Positions 41,901-47,946 of a DNA stretch of 64,000 nucleotides are shown in pieces; within the stretch, counting starts at the first letter, position 1; each line of letters begins with the position of its first letter. The notes beneath the pieces were generated by a model. The model did no database searches. It saw nothing but the letters and a program-made list of their open reading frames with translations, and was not told the DNA's origin. The position numbers were made by a program, and so were the translations under genes. The stretch is taken from the IMG/VR virus record IMGVR_UViG_3300032322_001765, positions 1-64,000 of that record. One strand, 5' to 3'.

Positions 41901-44013
41901 TCCAGGAGTTTTTATCCAAACTGTTTCTAGCAATTACGATGTAATCTTGTTCCGATGGGTAAAAAAGTGTGTCACCAAAAGGATAAGTATCGTAGGGATT
42001 GGCATCATATGGTGTAGTTAATGGGGTACCAAATAGTTCAGGTGTTTGAAATTCGCTGTCTGGTATTAATTGAATACCTAAACCCACATTTTCAACATAG
42101 TATTGATCAGCTTTATATTTTTCAGGTACAATGTTTCCACTGAATATAACTTTTAATCCATTCGTAAAAGTAATTCCATTTGGGCTAGTATATTCTAACT
42201 TCCCTAAAATATCTTTTTCTACATCAATAAAATTATATTGAGGATTATCGACTAATTTAATTACACCCACACGCTGTGGATTAGTACCATCTTGATAGTA
42301 CAATGTATCGAGTGCCGCAGTTAATATAGGAACTAAGAATATTTCAGCATAAGAATTTTTTACAAAATTTCTACCTATATATGTAGCACCGTAGTTTATT
42401 GTAATTTTAGTGTTATCAGGTAATGCTCCTGCTTCTGTTAATCTTATTATAAAATCGTTATTACCTGCATTTATTAAATTTATTCTATAATAATTTTTAT
42501 TAATTTCAGTAGCTACTTGTTGTTCAAATAAACCTTGATCTATTGTTGCTGCCATTGAACCACTAGCTGTGACTAGTTGAACTTCGCTGCCGTTTGGTTC
42601 AGTGGAAATAGTAAATGCAGTATTACTAAGTATTTCTCTCACATAGTACATACCACCATAAAATGCAGCAGAGATTGTAGTTGCTGTATTAGCAGTAATG
42701 TCAACTTCTGGACCGCCCGGGGTCGCAGAAATTGTAAATTGCGTACTACTTACTACATTTTTTATATAGTATTGGGTTCTAGCCGTTATACCAGCAATAG
42801 TAGAACCAAAAGAAAGTGGCTGATTTGCAGAAAAACCCGTTGTATCAGAGGTTGTTAATCTATTGTTAGCTGCTGTTGTTGCAGAGACTATGAATGTTCT
42901 ACCATTGGTAACACCACCAAATACCGGTCCTGAAAAGTTAATACCTTCATTAACACGTAAGTTTGCTGTAGAGGCACAGATTAGCTCATTCTCTGTGGTG
43001 CTAGTATTAGTAGCCGTAATTGTAATTGTAGAGCTAGGTGTTAATGTAGGATTGTTTATATCATAATTTGTTGAGTCATAAAATTGACCAACGTAACCCA
43101 AACTGCTAGGTGTTGAACCATAGAATAGCAAAGTTTTATTATTTAAATTTGCTATACCATCAATACCTTTTAAATTAGATAATAACGCTCCGTTAATTTG
43201 ACTGAACGATTTGTCAGTAACTAAATCTATATCAAGATTACCTGGGTATAACCAATCGTTTTGTTCGTTCGCATATGGCACTTCAAACGTCATTATGCCT
43301 GATGATGTACCATTAAAATCTACACCATATATTTCACGTGTGCTTAAGTTGGGTCTTGCTGAATTTTTTCCGCTTATTCCTGGTTCAGTTTGAATCCAAA
43401 AAGGTGACTTACCATTTAGTACAAAACTATATGTGCCGCCTCTTATGAGTGTTAGTATTGGATTATCACCTTCTACAGGAATGCTGTCTGTTATAAAATT
43501 ATAACTAAAATTAAATAAAGACTCATCACCAACTTCTACATCATACGTGACGTTATTTCGTAGGGGCGCAGTAGTAACATTTAGTACATCAGGACCATTA
43601 GGAAGCCAAAAATATTGCGCATAGTTAACTAACTTATCTAAATTGCAAAAACTATCCCACGAATAGAATTGATTAGAAAAAAGATTATTGTTATTATCAA
43701 CACTGCCGTTTTGTAATTTTAACGCATCTAAAATTCCTGGATAAGTTATTAAGTCTACGGCTCTCGCTGTATCTTTTTTCTTAAAAACAACCGCAGGTTC
43801 TAGTTGATAGTCTCTACGAATTTTTGAGGTTTCAGCAAGATAGCTATCTCTAGATGAGATGCCATATCCAAATTTGCTACCTATATAACCTTCAATTCTT
43901 GTAAAATTAGGTTGTTGTACAAGTTGATCTAACGTAGCATCAAGAAATTGTTGATTAGTTTTTGTTTTGAAGACTTCAGGTAAGAAATCAATTGTTCTAA
44001 CTTTTGTTACCAT
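26929..44013 (-). CDS. Giant (5694 aa) baseplate wedge/receptor-binding protein, positional T4 gp7 equivalent
   Basis: Single 17 kb ORF directly after gp6. Contains FG-GAP-like repeats (FGFSV...LxVGAP), BNR/Asp-box-like repeats (AVG..G.I..S.NG..W), CBM5/12-like W...Y..G..V motifs and EM..YHV.F (gp7-like PYH motif). Confidence 0.7.
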   Translation of the reverse strand: MVTKVRTIDFLPEVFKTKTNQQFLDATLDQLVQQPNFTRIEGYIGSKFGYGISSRDSYLAETSKIRRDYQLEPAVVFKKKDTARAVDLITYPGILDALKLQNGSVDNNNNLFSNQFYSWDSFCNLDKLVNYAQYFWLPNGPDVLNVTTAPLRNNVTYDVEVGDESLFNFSYNFITDSIPVEGDNPILTLIRGGTYSFVLNGKSPFWIQTEPGISGKNSARPNLSTREIYGVDFNGTSSGIMTFEVPYANEQNDWLYPGNLDIDLVTDKSFSQINGALLSNLKGIDGIANLNNKTLLFYGSTPSSLGYVGQFYDSTNYDINNPTLTPSSTITITATNTSTTENELICASTANLRVNEGINFSGPVFGGVTNGRTFIVSATTAANNRLTTSDTTGFSANQPLSFGSTIAGITARTQYYIKNVVSSTQFTISATPGGPEVDITANTATTISAAFYGGMYYVREILSNTAFTISTEPNGSEVQLVTASGSMAATIDQGLFEQQVATEINKNYYRINLINAGNNDFIIRLTEAGALPDNTKITINYGATYIGRNFVKNSYAEIFLVPILTAALDTLYYQDGTNPQRVGVIKLVDNPQYNFIDVEKDILGKLEYTSPNGITFTNGLKVIFSGNIVPEKYKADQYYVENVGLGIQLIPDSEFQTPELFGTPLTTPYDANPYDTYPFGDTLFYPSEQDYIVIARNSLDKNSWSRGNRWFHIDVLNTVIANSPVSTISVEALNNPNNRAKRPIIEFYPNLKLYNSGSIARTSTNYINFSVTDAFTQVAGQTSFAPDGPTSALFDGATIVFAGDENLEVRNKIWRVQLESVTGTSTPVITLSIAPGGEVLINEQTVFSLGENYTGTTFYFDGNNWHEAQLKTRVNQPPLFDLFDKNGISYGDNDFYYGSDFAGCTLFEYSIGTGADDPVLLFPIKYSSDSNYSDIQFNVSLNSQNFTYVENQQVVTKSVSDGYIYQYKTNVLYDRLIGWQTAIEDSFQYQVFDSTYTGTTANPAITCDIKVKDQATTKWPVIVVYKNNERVSASGYTVTTTNTTTSVTFNEQPILGEQITIMLYSDQVSKIGYYQIPLNLDHNPFNDNITTINLGDVRGHYKSICNNVPNLQGPAFGANNYRDLGNIVPYGTRIIQNSSSLVNCATFLRNTNNNFFDALNYNSLEYSKFKGLMIQTLTNGEYTPLQTPAFILDDVLDQLSISKVDTSPFFWSDMLPSKNAYITNNYVFKTELYTSIFNLSRVYDYTSANYYGVLVYLTRRNSVNQVETFQLIKNIDYVVSPTEPNLTITKDLQNDDIITIKEYYQTYGSYVPNTPTKLGLYPSSVPKIVLDNTYSTPTYFLVGHDGSYNKLYGNYNNNVLSDYRDRVLLEFELRIYNNLKISSQLPITQFDVTPGAFRNIGISYEEYQAIYNYQFLNWVGINRIDYEEHLYDPLKPFTYNYKDSTFNFNNKKIQKGNWRGIYLWLYDTSNPDTRPWEMLGFSEQPDWWIQRYGVAPYTSDNTYLWADLAAGYVYNNGDPYINENAIRPALLDIIPVDTLGKLKNPFEFLLGSYDVSNFGKLWATGDVGPAEYAYLKSSNWPFDLIRIAALLKPAQLFGLGIDVDKYKYNEEFKQYLYNNRFRTTLANLTVYGNGNATHSYVNWIVDYLYQFGVDGTTTITDLVQNLDVRLSYRLAGFSDKDLLKFYVEKGSTNSKNNSLLIPDESFGVLLYENQSIDTITYGSIIVQKTIKGYKIFGNSQNKNYFISFAPNNNGVLDTFQIDTTVVKIPKNYTNIKITTPYGYEYTTLDDLCAFIRGYGLYLQEQGVKFENVENGLELNWDQIIYELLYWVDTGWEFGSTININPNARAVVINKENSIVQPLTFTKDNFVLNQNLIPISLTDLFVYRNGTEFSVKALNEGDAIAFMTANLSTIEHVVVFDNVTVFNDVIYNLITGLRQQRIFVSGTKSAEWNGTVNAAGFILNQDNIQEWQSNVKYVKGMIVIFKNDYYIANKVTILPKNEFDYNEWSKTSYDNIQKGLLPNSSTRSYEATLFYNTVNPNLENDGDLLSASLIGFRPRQYFADANFTDGTQINLYKNMITSKGTVDSVTKLQGVNIQQNQLNYEIYENWAIKTGEYGGLMNQNFIEVTLNEYDLTGNPSILGITDNVAPNGIQQNIPLYNLKNYGRSVVSTDILPVISNSYTEKLASAGYVNIDDTRGQSYNIAGLAAIDLQDIYKNDYIWVADKDNTWQIYTPLSIQSELRIVYNNLDGNVTFVFQKPHGLLKNQLIAVLNFEVVVNGFYKVEDVLSLESIRVSLDLNSQINVLFGNGLVYLLQSQRLNTARDIDSLPLLNAEYAVNKVWVDRGVDGSWAVYEKTNNYILNNLNSGLLDANTFGSGVAYVPNVGYFIGDSGDGKVYHYDISPNGVFFLKNTINNGGEFGKTIVYSNDLLIVSKPNNIISQIFVYRIPPNGTINSIIQEQVISITGGRVGDAMDISGDSNLLYLGAQNDETVLAFQRDKTLTYSSAGISLSTATVVNQRQFTVSGNRLSYINEGQMVNFVTSYSAIGATTLFTVVEGTYLFRCSGDQRSKLAHGDKVAFSNTGPISSRLYTIANEAYDPGTNRTTFYTVEMIYSTIAAGSPIYTVTFSDDASVTVITGTYNVSANTTTFYTIEQIQYTATTGSNIFIASVNFSLVGSISPPMAEIGDKFGFSVATNHDGSKLFVGAPYTDYDITLTNTGVVYMYDRLIENIEVQYDQRPTDPLLIVLAFEPTNQTRIYVNGKLLSTSNYVVIVNIIVIGTIGLFAGDIITISSAQFVLTQQIYGFDNTGDLRQGELFGFSVDTNTFGSELLVGAPFDVINNVQTEGAVYRFTNEGKRFGTMTGLLAANLTADTYLLINGYRVYMPAGNAATLAGAINSAGVTNVFAYATEDGRLIIRLRDINLGPMNNKLNISVFNGNYLYEMGFTDYIKSQIIQDSHKQTRTQFGYAVRYNEENSFVVSAPVAIRYINTTFDFSNDNNIHNDTVFDNNLTIFEDTNSNAGAAYMYDYIQSYDESLTNIGKYAYAQSLNDIDQNYGSQPLYGTALSFNNGVVIIGSPNFQPTTLGGKVLVFENSTQISNWHLYRQSNPVVDVEKIQKVSLYDNRNNETLTGLDFIDPLQGKLLGVVAENIDYITPTDPAGYNSPDNTVGNIVWTDSHIGKLWYNPSSSRFMNYHQNDNQYNSKYWGTVFEGSDVTVYTWIESDVLPFFYAGNGTPYDPAKYSTAYTTDSNNNLVAKYYYWVRNTNIISTNIGKTLSDTIVEQYIANPKDSGVAFFASLEPNVYAFYNASEYINDTSTNLHLGYSANANGPTGHLDFKLIRTNYPDDFLPGFPNVDKGFNTPTGLYDRMLDSFAGLDETGASVPDYSVPKLLQTGINVRPRQSFFVNRLSALKTYLQYANTVVKAYPVNEFGNTTFLSIQGDFVNTSNYWANIYWWAEGYDDSTRAELEVSIYTDLLTLPTTEGMIVGVASNSQGNREVYIYQNSEWVRIGLQNGTIHFLDSLWDYEKYGTGFGTGFDSNGFDAFPSTETRYIIRALNEQIYLGPLFKDRNVSLTKLFEYIQSENIEGQNYLPWLTKTSFADVGYTVRELTTNQKFQRDNQSLLEGYITEMKPYHVVFKDFYLRYTRNEPYNANITDYDLPAIYDDAEGRFITPQLLYGSSYSATNPVYPSYPDQFTTNSDIWNDPKYTEWYNNYGLSLGVIDNVIICNVGSFISNTDLQIIVDNAEGLPVTGTLKINNEFIGYTSVDRQRGIILGISRAINDSQAESHFAGTPIYINMPAVSVFNGSRDYVTPPTVTAFIDTTKYPAPKRQALLTSNLSGDKVVSINIIDAGEGYVVPPEIVFEPSVSYESSIERINFVGFSIQYLTTNLISGDLIYSTGITTNGYKLVPDGYYYIHNIDIFTTRTVVAFSLINAAVVTLHRTYDDALTGNNPVPFINQTLLEPTYTHRISLTAKAIPTMVSEKVRSIKPILKFDRTSYRSSITEWMPNTFYSSPYLSIGNDSSNTTKLFASVDSGERAPTGGSGNGAEFNIFNVLLGGTYYADIVTIGEDYVTGDVLTVQGTSLGGANATEQLEGTTVEGSSIIEMVNTTGISIGDYVTGFGIPYGAVVKSKTTNNNIMISEPATESGTGPLLFLTGNIPNNCLIVVEDIDGNGGITEISVYGVSNDASLSSLQGAVLPILDLDDVDGQAVVTLDYSYSDLKPGQINGSYMYFYKIHSSYIYDDTGKNFVGSITGTTLTVDVIEDGESLVVGDKVYNPNIIGSCEITAFGTGSGGAGTYTVSSVQTVTTSQMYTGGGALIRISRPKFNPDNINNLYYMEILNPGFIYNAGNTIIISGALLGGAPLVNDAKITIDIVSESNSIFNATIEGLSIGEFSQYYVKALDYDSSTQTGTIGVFENTLLTVPVSYSSFIWNGSGNNYGYLPEPIVNNYNYNYNTSSLVIYQGFIWQCIEANNDQEFNPSKWYPLLSSDNAINALDRIEAYYQPTVGMPGKDAQQLVKGITYPNNVYYGNSFAPEDEFPIDTVVQSLPFYPTGIDIKAITYDGTTFVAAGESSEASFILTLTQTGAWSSYEIASITLGITDIIYSGGAYIVVTTTTASPIYLSFDKSDWVSTGSVTGFDILGYDQGTFDTSQIGVGNVSLSSVINVNGVFYAVGGKILRSSTGITWDQVYDFTSPTFQNNLNDIAYVNNTTFVGFIVVGLTYQVTSGSGTSAPTVSTQSAILTSINGTVWSTITPSLTTNGFNSVTSSVSLNRIVIVGDAGVIYYSSNASNWVQASISGSPITTNIKSVVYGNSIFVAVGDKTGNGTSDPGLILTSVNGITWTQISSQYITTENLTYVYFADNFFYAVGENDTFLRSTNGSSWTDVSSISVDDPYYVVQGNDFLYGYGPEELVAGVVTDTLSMYVNTAPGAYWDIDFNSPIWYKHTGFNMQTKTGVPNYNLKLSFANLVVNPARLSVFIIGERVSDRGRRIYENQSSANLPYSYTVDWMEETITLNQSIPAGTYILIEVYEIGNGKELIRNNSKYYPLKQDEDTGQSYFDFNIEFTPVINEPLVCVSVSGGPLTKLEYNVDYLVIPDILGFTKILFITDTYDSATDYIVFSILGDSTSVFGSVQYGYSIPETEVFVTTGVTSSFQLNLELTTLSGNNVNNSIVEKNGERLFPAGVPGADYEFQNIGGTWYLHLFISVGGSGSDTIAVTTFYDTSRQYLTTNLFNGMSDGIKCTGISFVDISKTPVLLTFNSDPGFATNDLIRIDGVQGTTELNQMTFYINKVSATTYELFKDSSLGYPVIGPNLTGFVSGGYAWLDSETIIIPYPTVPGTMPNMTYDEGNRNWITIIENSAPLGSNGVRLLPTLTNYSTSALFTGSILGTTLTVANIDKGVLNIGQEIFGGNIASGTVITAYISGFGGIGTYEVNNSQTVSSVEMNTEYDNRLSLFTDTNVDDYILITSMVTGESPNPMSFNITVNKYGNGFVTRTNSTDGSWLTQDFISTDTTMYFYNVSNLVEPISTDLIVNDESGTIYTYVQCDINEVKGVQVYNKTTISTLASSQYGLTLFNGKPAVIFSSGVSVGDLVTVTITIGNVVEINGERIRFDVINTETNTLTGLTRGVQGTSTADTHSKYSIGYGINPARRITDAEYADTWNSETITSNGDPLQISVTDTAVFLQNNAPF

Positions 44014-44030
44014 GTAAATTTACCTATTAA

Positions 44031-47000
44031 TTATACTGTAATTGTTTGCAATTCATTTGGAGTTAATGCAGAAATCACAACTATATCCGTTGCTTGTGCT
44101 GCATTTACAAAAATTTCATAAGGTGCACTTCTTATTTCATACAAATCACCAAACGTCATGTTAGGATTATTCGGCACTAAAACAGCCGAACTTATTAAAT
44201 CACCCAACTCAGAATGTAAGTAGGCGCTTAATTCGCTGAAATAAAATGTATCGCCAAACGTCCATGTATCAATGCTAAAATATGTATTCATAGCAGAAAG
44301 AACCGCTGAACGTATTTCACTCACACTGGCTGTTGTGGCTGATGATTTTATAACCTTTATTGTAGCTCTTAAATTTGGTTCTGCTTTTGCACCAAACAAA
44401 GGTTTAAATCTTGCGCTATTCATAATAACACTATCTGATAGCATCTTATATTCTGAAATTTGACTAAATTGACTTGTTAGTTCATTTATGGTTGGTCTTG
44501 CTGGCTCAGGTACCGTGCCAGTTGTATCTTTAATCCAATTTTGATATTGAGTATAATAACTTTGTGTTAGTAAGTACAAATCAATAATGTTAGTTGTACC
44601 GGGATCAACTCTAGTTGTTTCTCCTGATATATGTTTATATTGGAAGTATAATCCTTGTCTACCTGTTTTGACCAAATAATCTGAAAGTAATTCTAAGTTT
44701 ACAATATTAGCCGATGTATTATCGTTAACAGTTCTATAAAATTTACTTTCTATTACTGCATAAAAAACTTGACCCACTGGATATTCGTATTTTACAATTG
44801 CGATATCCGCTTGTGTTCCATATGCATAAACAATTGAACTAGAAGGCACCATCTCATACCTTGTCAATAAGTTAGCATCGATTACTCTACGGAAAAAGAC
44901 AAAGTTTGTATAATTTCTTGTTCCCGGCACATATCCAGTTACGTCAATAAAGAAATCAGGATTTTTATAGGATCCAACAGTAGTTAAATCTGCCGCACTT
45001 ACTTCAACAGCAAAATCGTCTACATATCCGTCATTCTGAATAGTTTGTCCTGTAACGTTTAATGTAACATCTCTAGGGAAGGGAAAATTATAGTTAGGTA
45101 AGGTATTGCATTTTAATATGCTTATAAAATCTTGTAATAGTTTACCTGTGCTAGGATCATATACTATTTTATCTCTGTCAAATGTAAATCTTACATCGTA
45201 TACACTTCCAAAATAATATGCGACACTACGCCATGTTACCAAATATCTACCATAGCCCAAACTTTGAAATCTAACAAAATATGAGGTATTATTATATGTG
45301 CTTGTCGCCCAACGTTCTTGATTTGCTAATAATGCGTTGTTAAAAATTAAACTGAAATTTTGATTTAATCTTATTTTAGTCACACACTCTGAAACCAGTG
45401 CTGCTCCTAAAACATTCGTTAAACTAGGAATGACTACACTTAACACAGCGCCATCAGGAATAGAATTAGTTAATCTAACTGGACCTAATCCGTTATCTAA
45501 ATTACCATCACCTCCGTTACTGCCATCACCTACAACAAGTGATACACTTGTCCATATGGATGTTTGATCGCTGGGTAAAGGTAATCCTGCTACTAGTCTA
45601 TTGTCGCTTCCAAAATAATATCCGGGTGGCGCAGTAAATCCTAATAATGCTCCTTGAGTAATGTACTTTACATTTCCTGTTGTAAATACACCGACACTGA
45701 TTGGTGCGCCACCTGATGTAAAGAATCCGGTACTCTCTCCATTTATATTATTAGTTTGACTCCATAATATTACATTATCAGTTGTAAGATATCTAGGGTA
45801 TGCTTGCGTGTAATATTGATACGCTCTTTCACCACCTAATATATTTGGAATATTTTCAGTTAAGAAATTAATAATATCATTAGTAGTATTAGCAGTAAAA
45901 ATAGTAAAACCATCATTCAAATCTTCATACAGCCCGCCGTCATCCGCAAAATCATTTGTACTCGAATACTTTGCACTAGGATCTACTAAATCAAAATTTC
46001 TACTAGTACCTACACTTGTTCTATTAATCGCCTTACTTTTAATAATTGAATTATACAAGGTGAATGGAAAATTGTTATAATCTTCTCCGTTTACCATACG
46101 ATTTTGTGTATAGTATCTTTGTGGTGCTCTTATTTTAATGTCAGCTAATGTTTCACGTGCTTGTGCATTACTAACAGGTAACTGTAAATTCATTGTTATA
46201 GTTAGTGTTTCTTGACGTCCTGTTCTACTAATGTAGGGAATGTTTATAGTAATGTTTTGAAACTCACTTGGATCAATCGTATACGTCAACCCGTTACTTG
46301 ATCTTACAAAACTCGAAAATGTTCCAATTGGTATCGCACTAAAAACACCATCTCCAAAAACATAAGTAACCTGATCATTTGTTCTTGAATTTACGCTAAA
46401 AACTTTTTTTTCTGAAGTTAATCTTTGCAGGTTTGAATTAGCAAAAACACTTTCTACTTGCTTCCATTCAATAAACTCGTTAGTTATTGAATTCAATTCG
46501 TATAACCATGTGTCAGTATTATTAATACCTTGAATATCAATGTTTATGGCTTGATTACTAATTTGTTCTTGAATAGTAAAATTATATGTTTGTAACTGCC
46601 CTTGCTTAAAGTAAATGAAAAATCCTGTGTTTGGACTACCGTAACCTAATTTGTCATTTCTATAAAGAATATTAAAAACACCGCTATCACCAGGTGGAAG
46701 TTCATATAATGTGTCACTATCAACACTAGTCATACTAGTGCCTTCAAATGACATAGCTATTCCATCTACTACGGTGCTGAAAGGCAAAACGGGGGTAAAT
46801 CCATCAGGTATTCTGATTCCGTATTCATCAGTTTTAATGTCTAACAATACTTTACTATTACCCGGTTTACCTACTTTTTGTGTATCAACAAATGTTGCAT
46901 TTAATATGGTATTGAATTGCTCTTGCCAATTAGGATTAGCAGGATCATTCCATAAGACTGTTATTCCACTCAAATTTAAATTGGTATAGTCACGTATTTG

Positions 47001-47381
47001 TTCTGTGGTACTTATTGATGTTACTTTTGCGAAGCCTTGACCAGCAATATTTCTTTTAGGAGTATAGCCAACTAAGTTTGCCAACTTAATTACGCTATCT
47101 CGTCTTTCTGCCGTATCAATAAAATTTTCTCTAGTGTTGAGATCGTTTCTAAAACTTAAGGCCTGACCCATAAACGCAACAACATCCATTAATGCGCTAA
47201 ACTCACTACTTTCGATGTAGTCGTTAAATGTTTCAGGGTAGTATAAACGTAAATAATCTACAAAAGTTTTACGTATTGTCTCAAAATCATAGCTTTGAAA
47301 ATCTGCTTGACTATACGTTTTGTAGATTGATTTCCAATCGTTTACACCAAATACACTAGATTGTCTTGAACTTGTAGCCAT
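44031..47381 (-). CDS. Baseplate wedge protein, T4 gp6-like
   Basis: DFQSYDFETI...DY..SSEFSAL.D..A...TAERRDSV..LA..GYTP and RAP..Y.TQNR.V..EDY. Confidence 0.85.
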   Translation of the reverse strand: MATSSRQSSVFGVNDWKSIYKTYSQADFQSYDFETIRKTFVDYLRLYYPETFNDYIESSEFSALMDVVAFMGQALSFRNDLNTRENFIDTAERRDSVIKLANLVGYTPKRNIAGQGFAKVTSISTTEQIRDYTNLNLSGITVLWNDPANPNWQEQFNTILNATFVDTQKVGKPGNSKVLLDIKTDEYGIRIPDGFTPVLPFSTVVDGIAMSFEGTSMTSVDSDTLYELPPGDSGVFNILYRNDKLGYGSPNTGFFIYFKQGQLQTYNFTIQEQISNQAINIDIQGINNTDTWLYELNSITNEFIEWKQVESVFANSNLQRLTSEKKVFSVNSRTNDQVTYVFGDGVFSAIPIGTFSSFVRSSNGLTYTIDPSEFQNITINIPYISRTGRQETLTITMNLQLPVSNAQARETLADIKIRAPQRYYTQNRMVNGEDYNNFPFTLYNSIIKSKAINRTSVGTSRNFDLVDPSAKYSSTNDFADDGGLYEDLNDGFTIFTANTTNDIINFLTENIPNILGGERAYQYYTQAYPRYLTTDNVILWSQTNNINGESTGFFTSGGAPISVGVFTTGNVKYITQGALLGFTAPPGYYFGSDNRLVAGLPLPSDQTSIWTSVSLVVGDGSNGGDGNLDNGLGPVRLTNSIPDGAVLSVVIPSLTNVLGAALVSECVTKIRLNQNFSLIFNNALLANQERWATSTYNNTSYFVRFQSLGYGRYLVTWRSVAYYFGSVYDVRFTFDRDKIVYDPSTGKLLQDFISILKCNTLPNYNFPFPRDVTLNVTGQTIQNDGYVDDFAVEVSAADLTTVGSYKNPDFFIDVTGYVPGTRNYTNFVFFRRVIDANLLTRYEMVPSSSIVYAYGTQADIAIVKYEYPVGQVFYAVIESKFYRTVNDNTSANIVNLELLSDYLVKTGRQGLYFQYKHISGETTRVDPGTTNIIDLYLLTQSYYTQYQNWIKDTTGTVPEPARPTINELTSQFSQISEYKMLSDSVIMNSARFKPLFGAKAEPNLRATIKVIKSSATTASVSEIRSAVLSAMNTYFSIDTWTFGDTFYFSELSAYLHSELGDLISSAVLVPNNPNMTFGDLYEIRSAPYEIFVNAAQATDIVVISALTPNELQTITV

Positions 47382-47399
47382 AGTAATATCTCTTTGTAG

Positions 47400-47406
47400 T
47401 ATTTAT
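47400..47406 (-). promoter_or_regulatory. Late promoter box
   Basis: (G)ATAAATA, 18 nt upstream of the gp6-like ATG. Confidence 0.6.
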
Positions 47407-47427
47407 CAATACTAAAAATGGCGATTT

Positions 47428-47919
47428 TTACCGTGATACGCCGGGCATTAACATAGATGCGCCGCCAGTTCCAGCTGGACTTGCACGACCTGTTTGCTGA
47501 TCAAAATTGACTGCTAAGGTTTGAACAAAGTTGAAGGGGCTTACTGCTATTTCTACTTCTATTAAAACTCCGTTTTCATACGGATAAACAATTACACTAT
47601 TCACAAGAAGTCTAGGATCAAGATTCGCCATTCTTCTTATTTCAGACTCTACTGCGACTTGTAAATCTATGGTGTTCGGTTCAAATACAAAATCCCAAAG
47701 AGTAGTACCATAGTCTGGTCTACCTGGTTTAGAACCCTGTGGAATGTTTAATGAATTTAAAAAATCTTGCAAAACTAGTTCAGTATCAACCATTCTAAAT
47801 TTTTTATTTAAAACAACAGGATTAGTGATTGAACCGGATCCACCGTCTGCACCGGATGCTATGTTAGTTTTTCTAACCTGATCTAATTGTAGTGTACTGA
47901 AACCGATGTAAGTTGGCAT
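47428..47919 (-). CDS. Baseplate wedge/sheath initiator, T4 gp25-like
   Basis: LN...G.KPGRPDYGT.LWDFVFEP...I.R....DPR. Confidence 0.85.
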   Translation of the reverse strand: MPTYIGFSTLQLDQVRKTNIASGADGGSGSITNPVVLNKKFRMVDTELVLQDFLNSLNIPQGSKPGRPDYGTTLWDFVFEPNTIDLQVAVESEIRRMANLDPRLLVNSVIVYPYENGVLIEVEIAVSPFNFVQTLAVNFDQQTGRASPAGTGGASMLMPGVSR

Positions 47920-47937
47920 GTGATTTTCCTAATATAT

Positions 47938-47945
47938 TATTTATA
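47938..47945 (-). promoter_or_regulatory. Late promoter box
   Basis: TATAAATA, 18 nt upstream of ATG 47919, with an AGGA RBS. Confidence 0.7.
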
Positions 47946-47946
47946 A

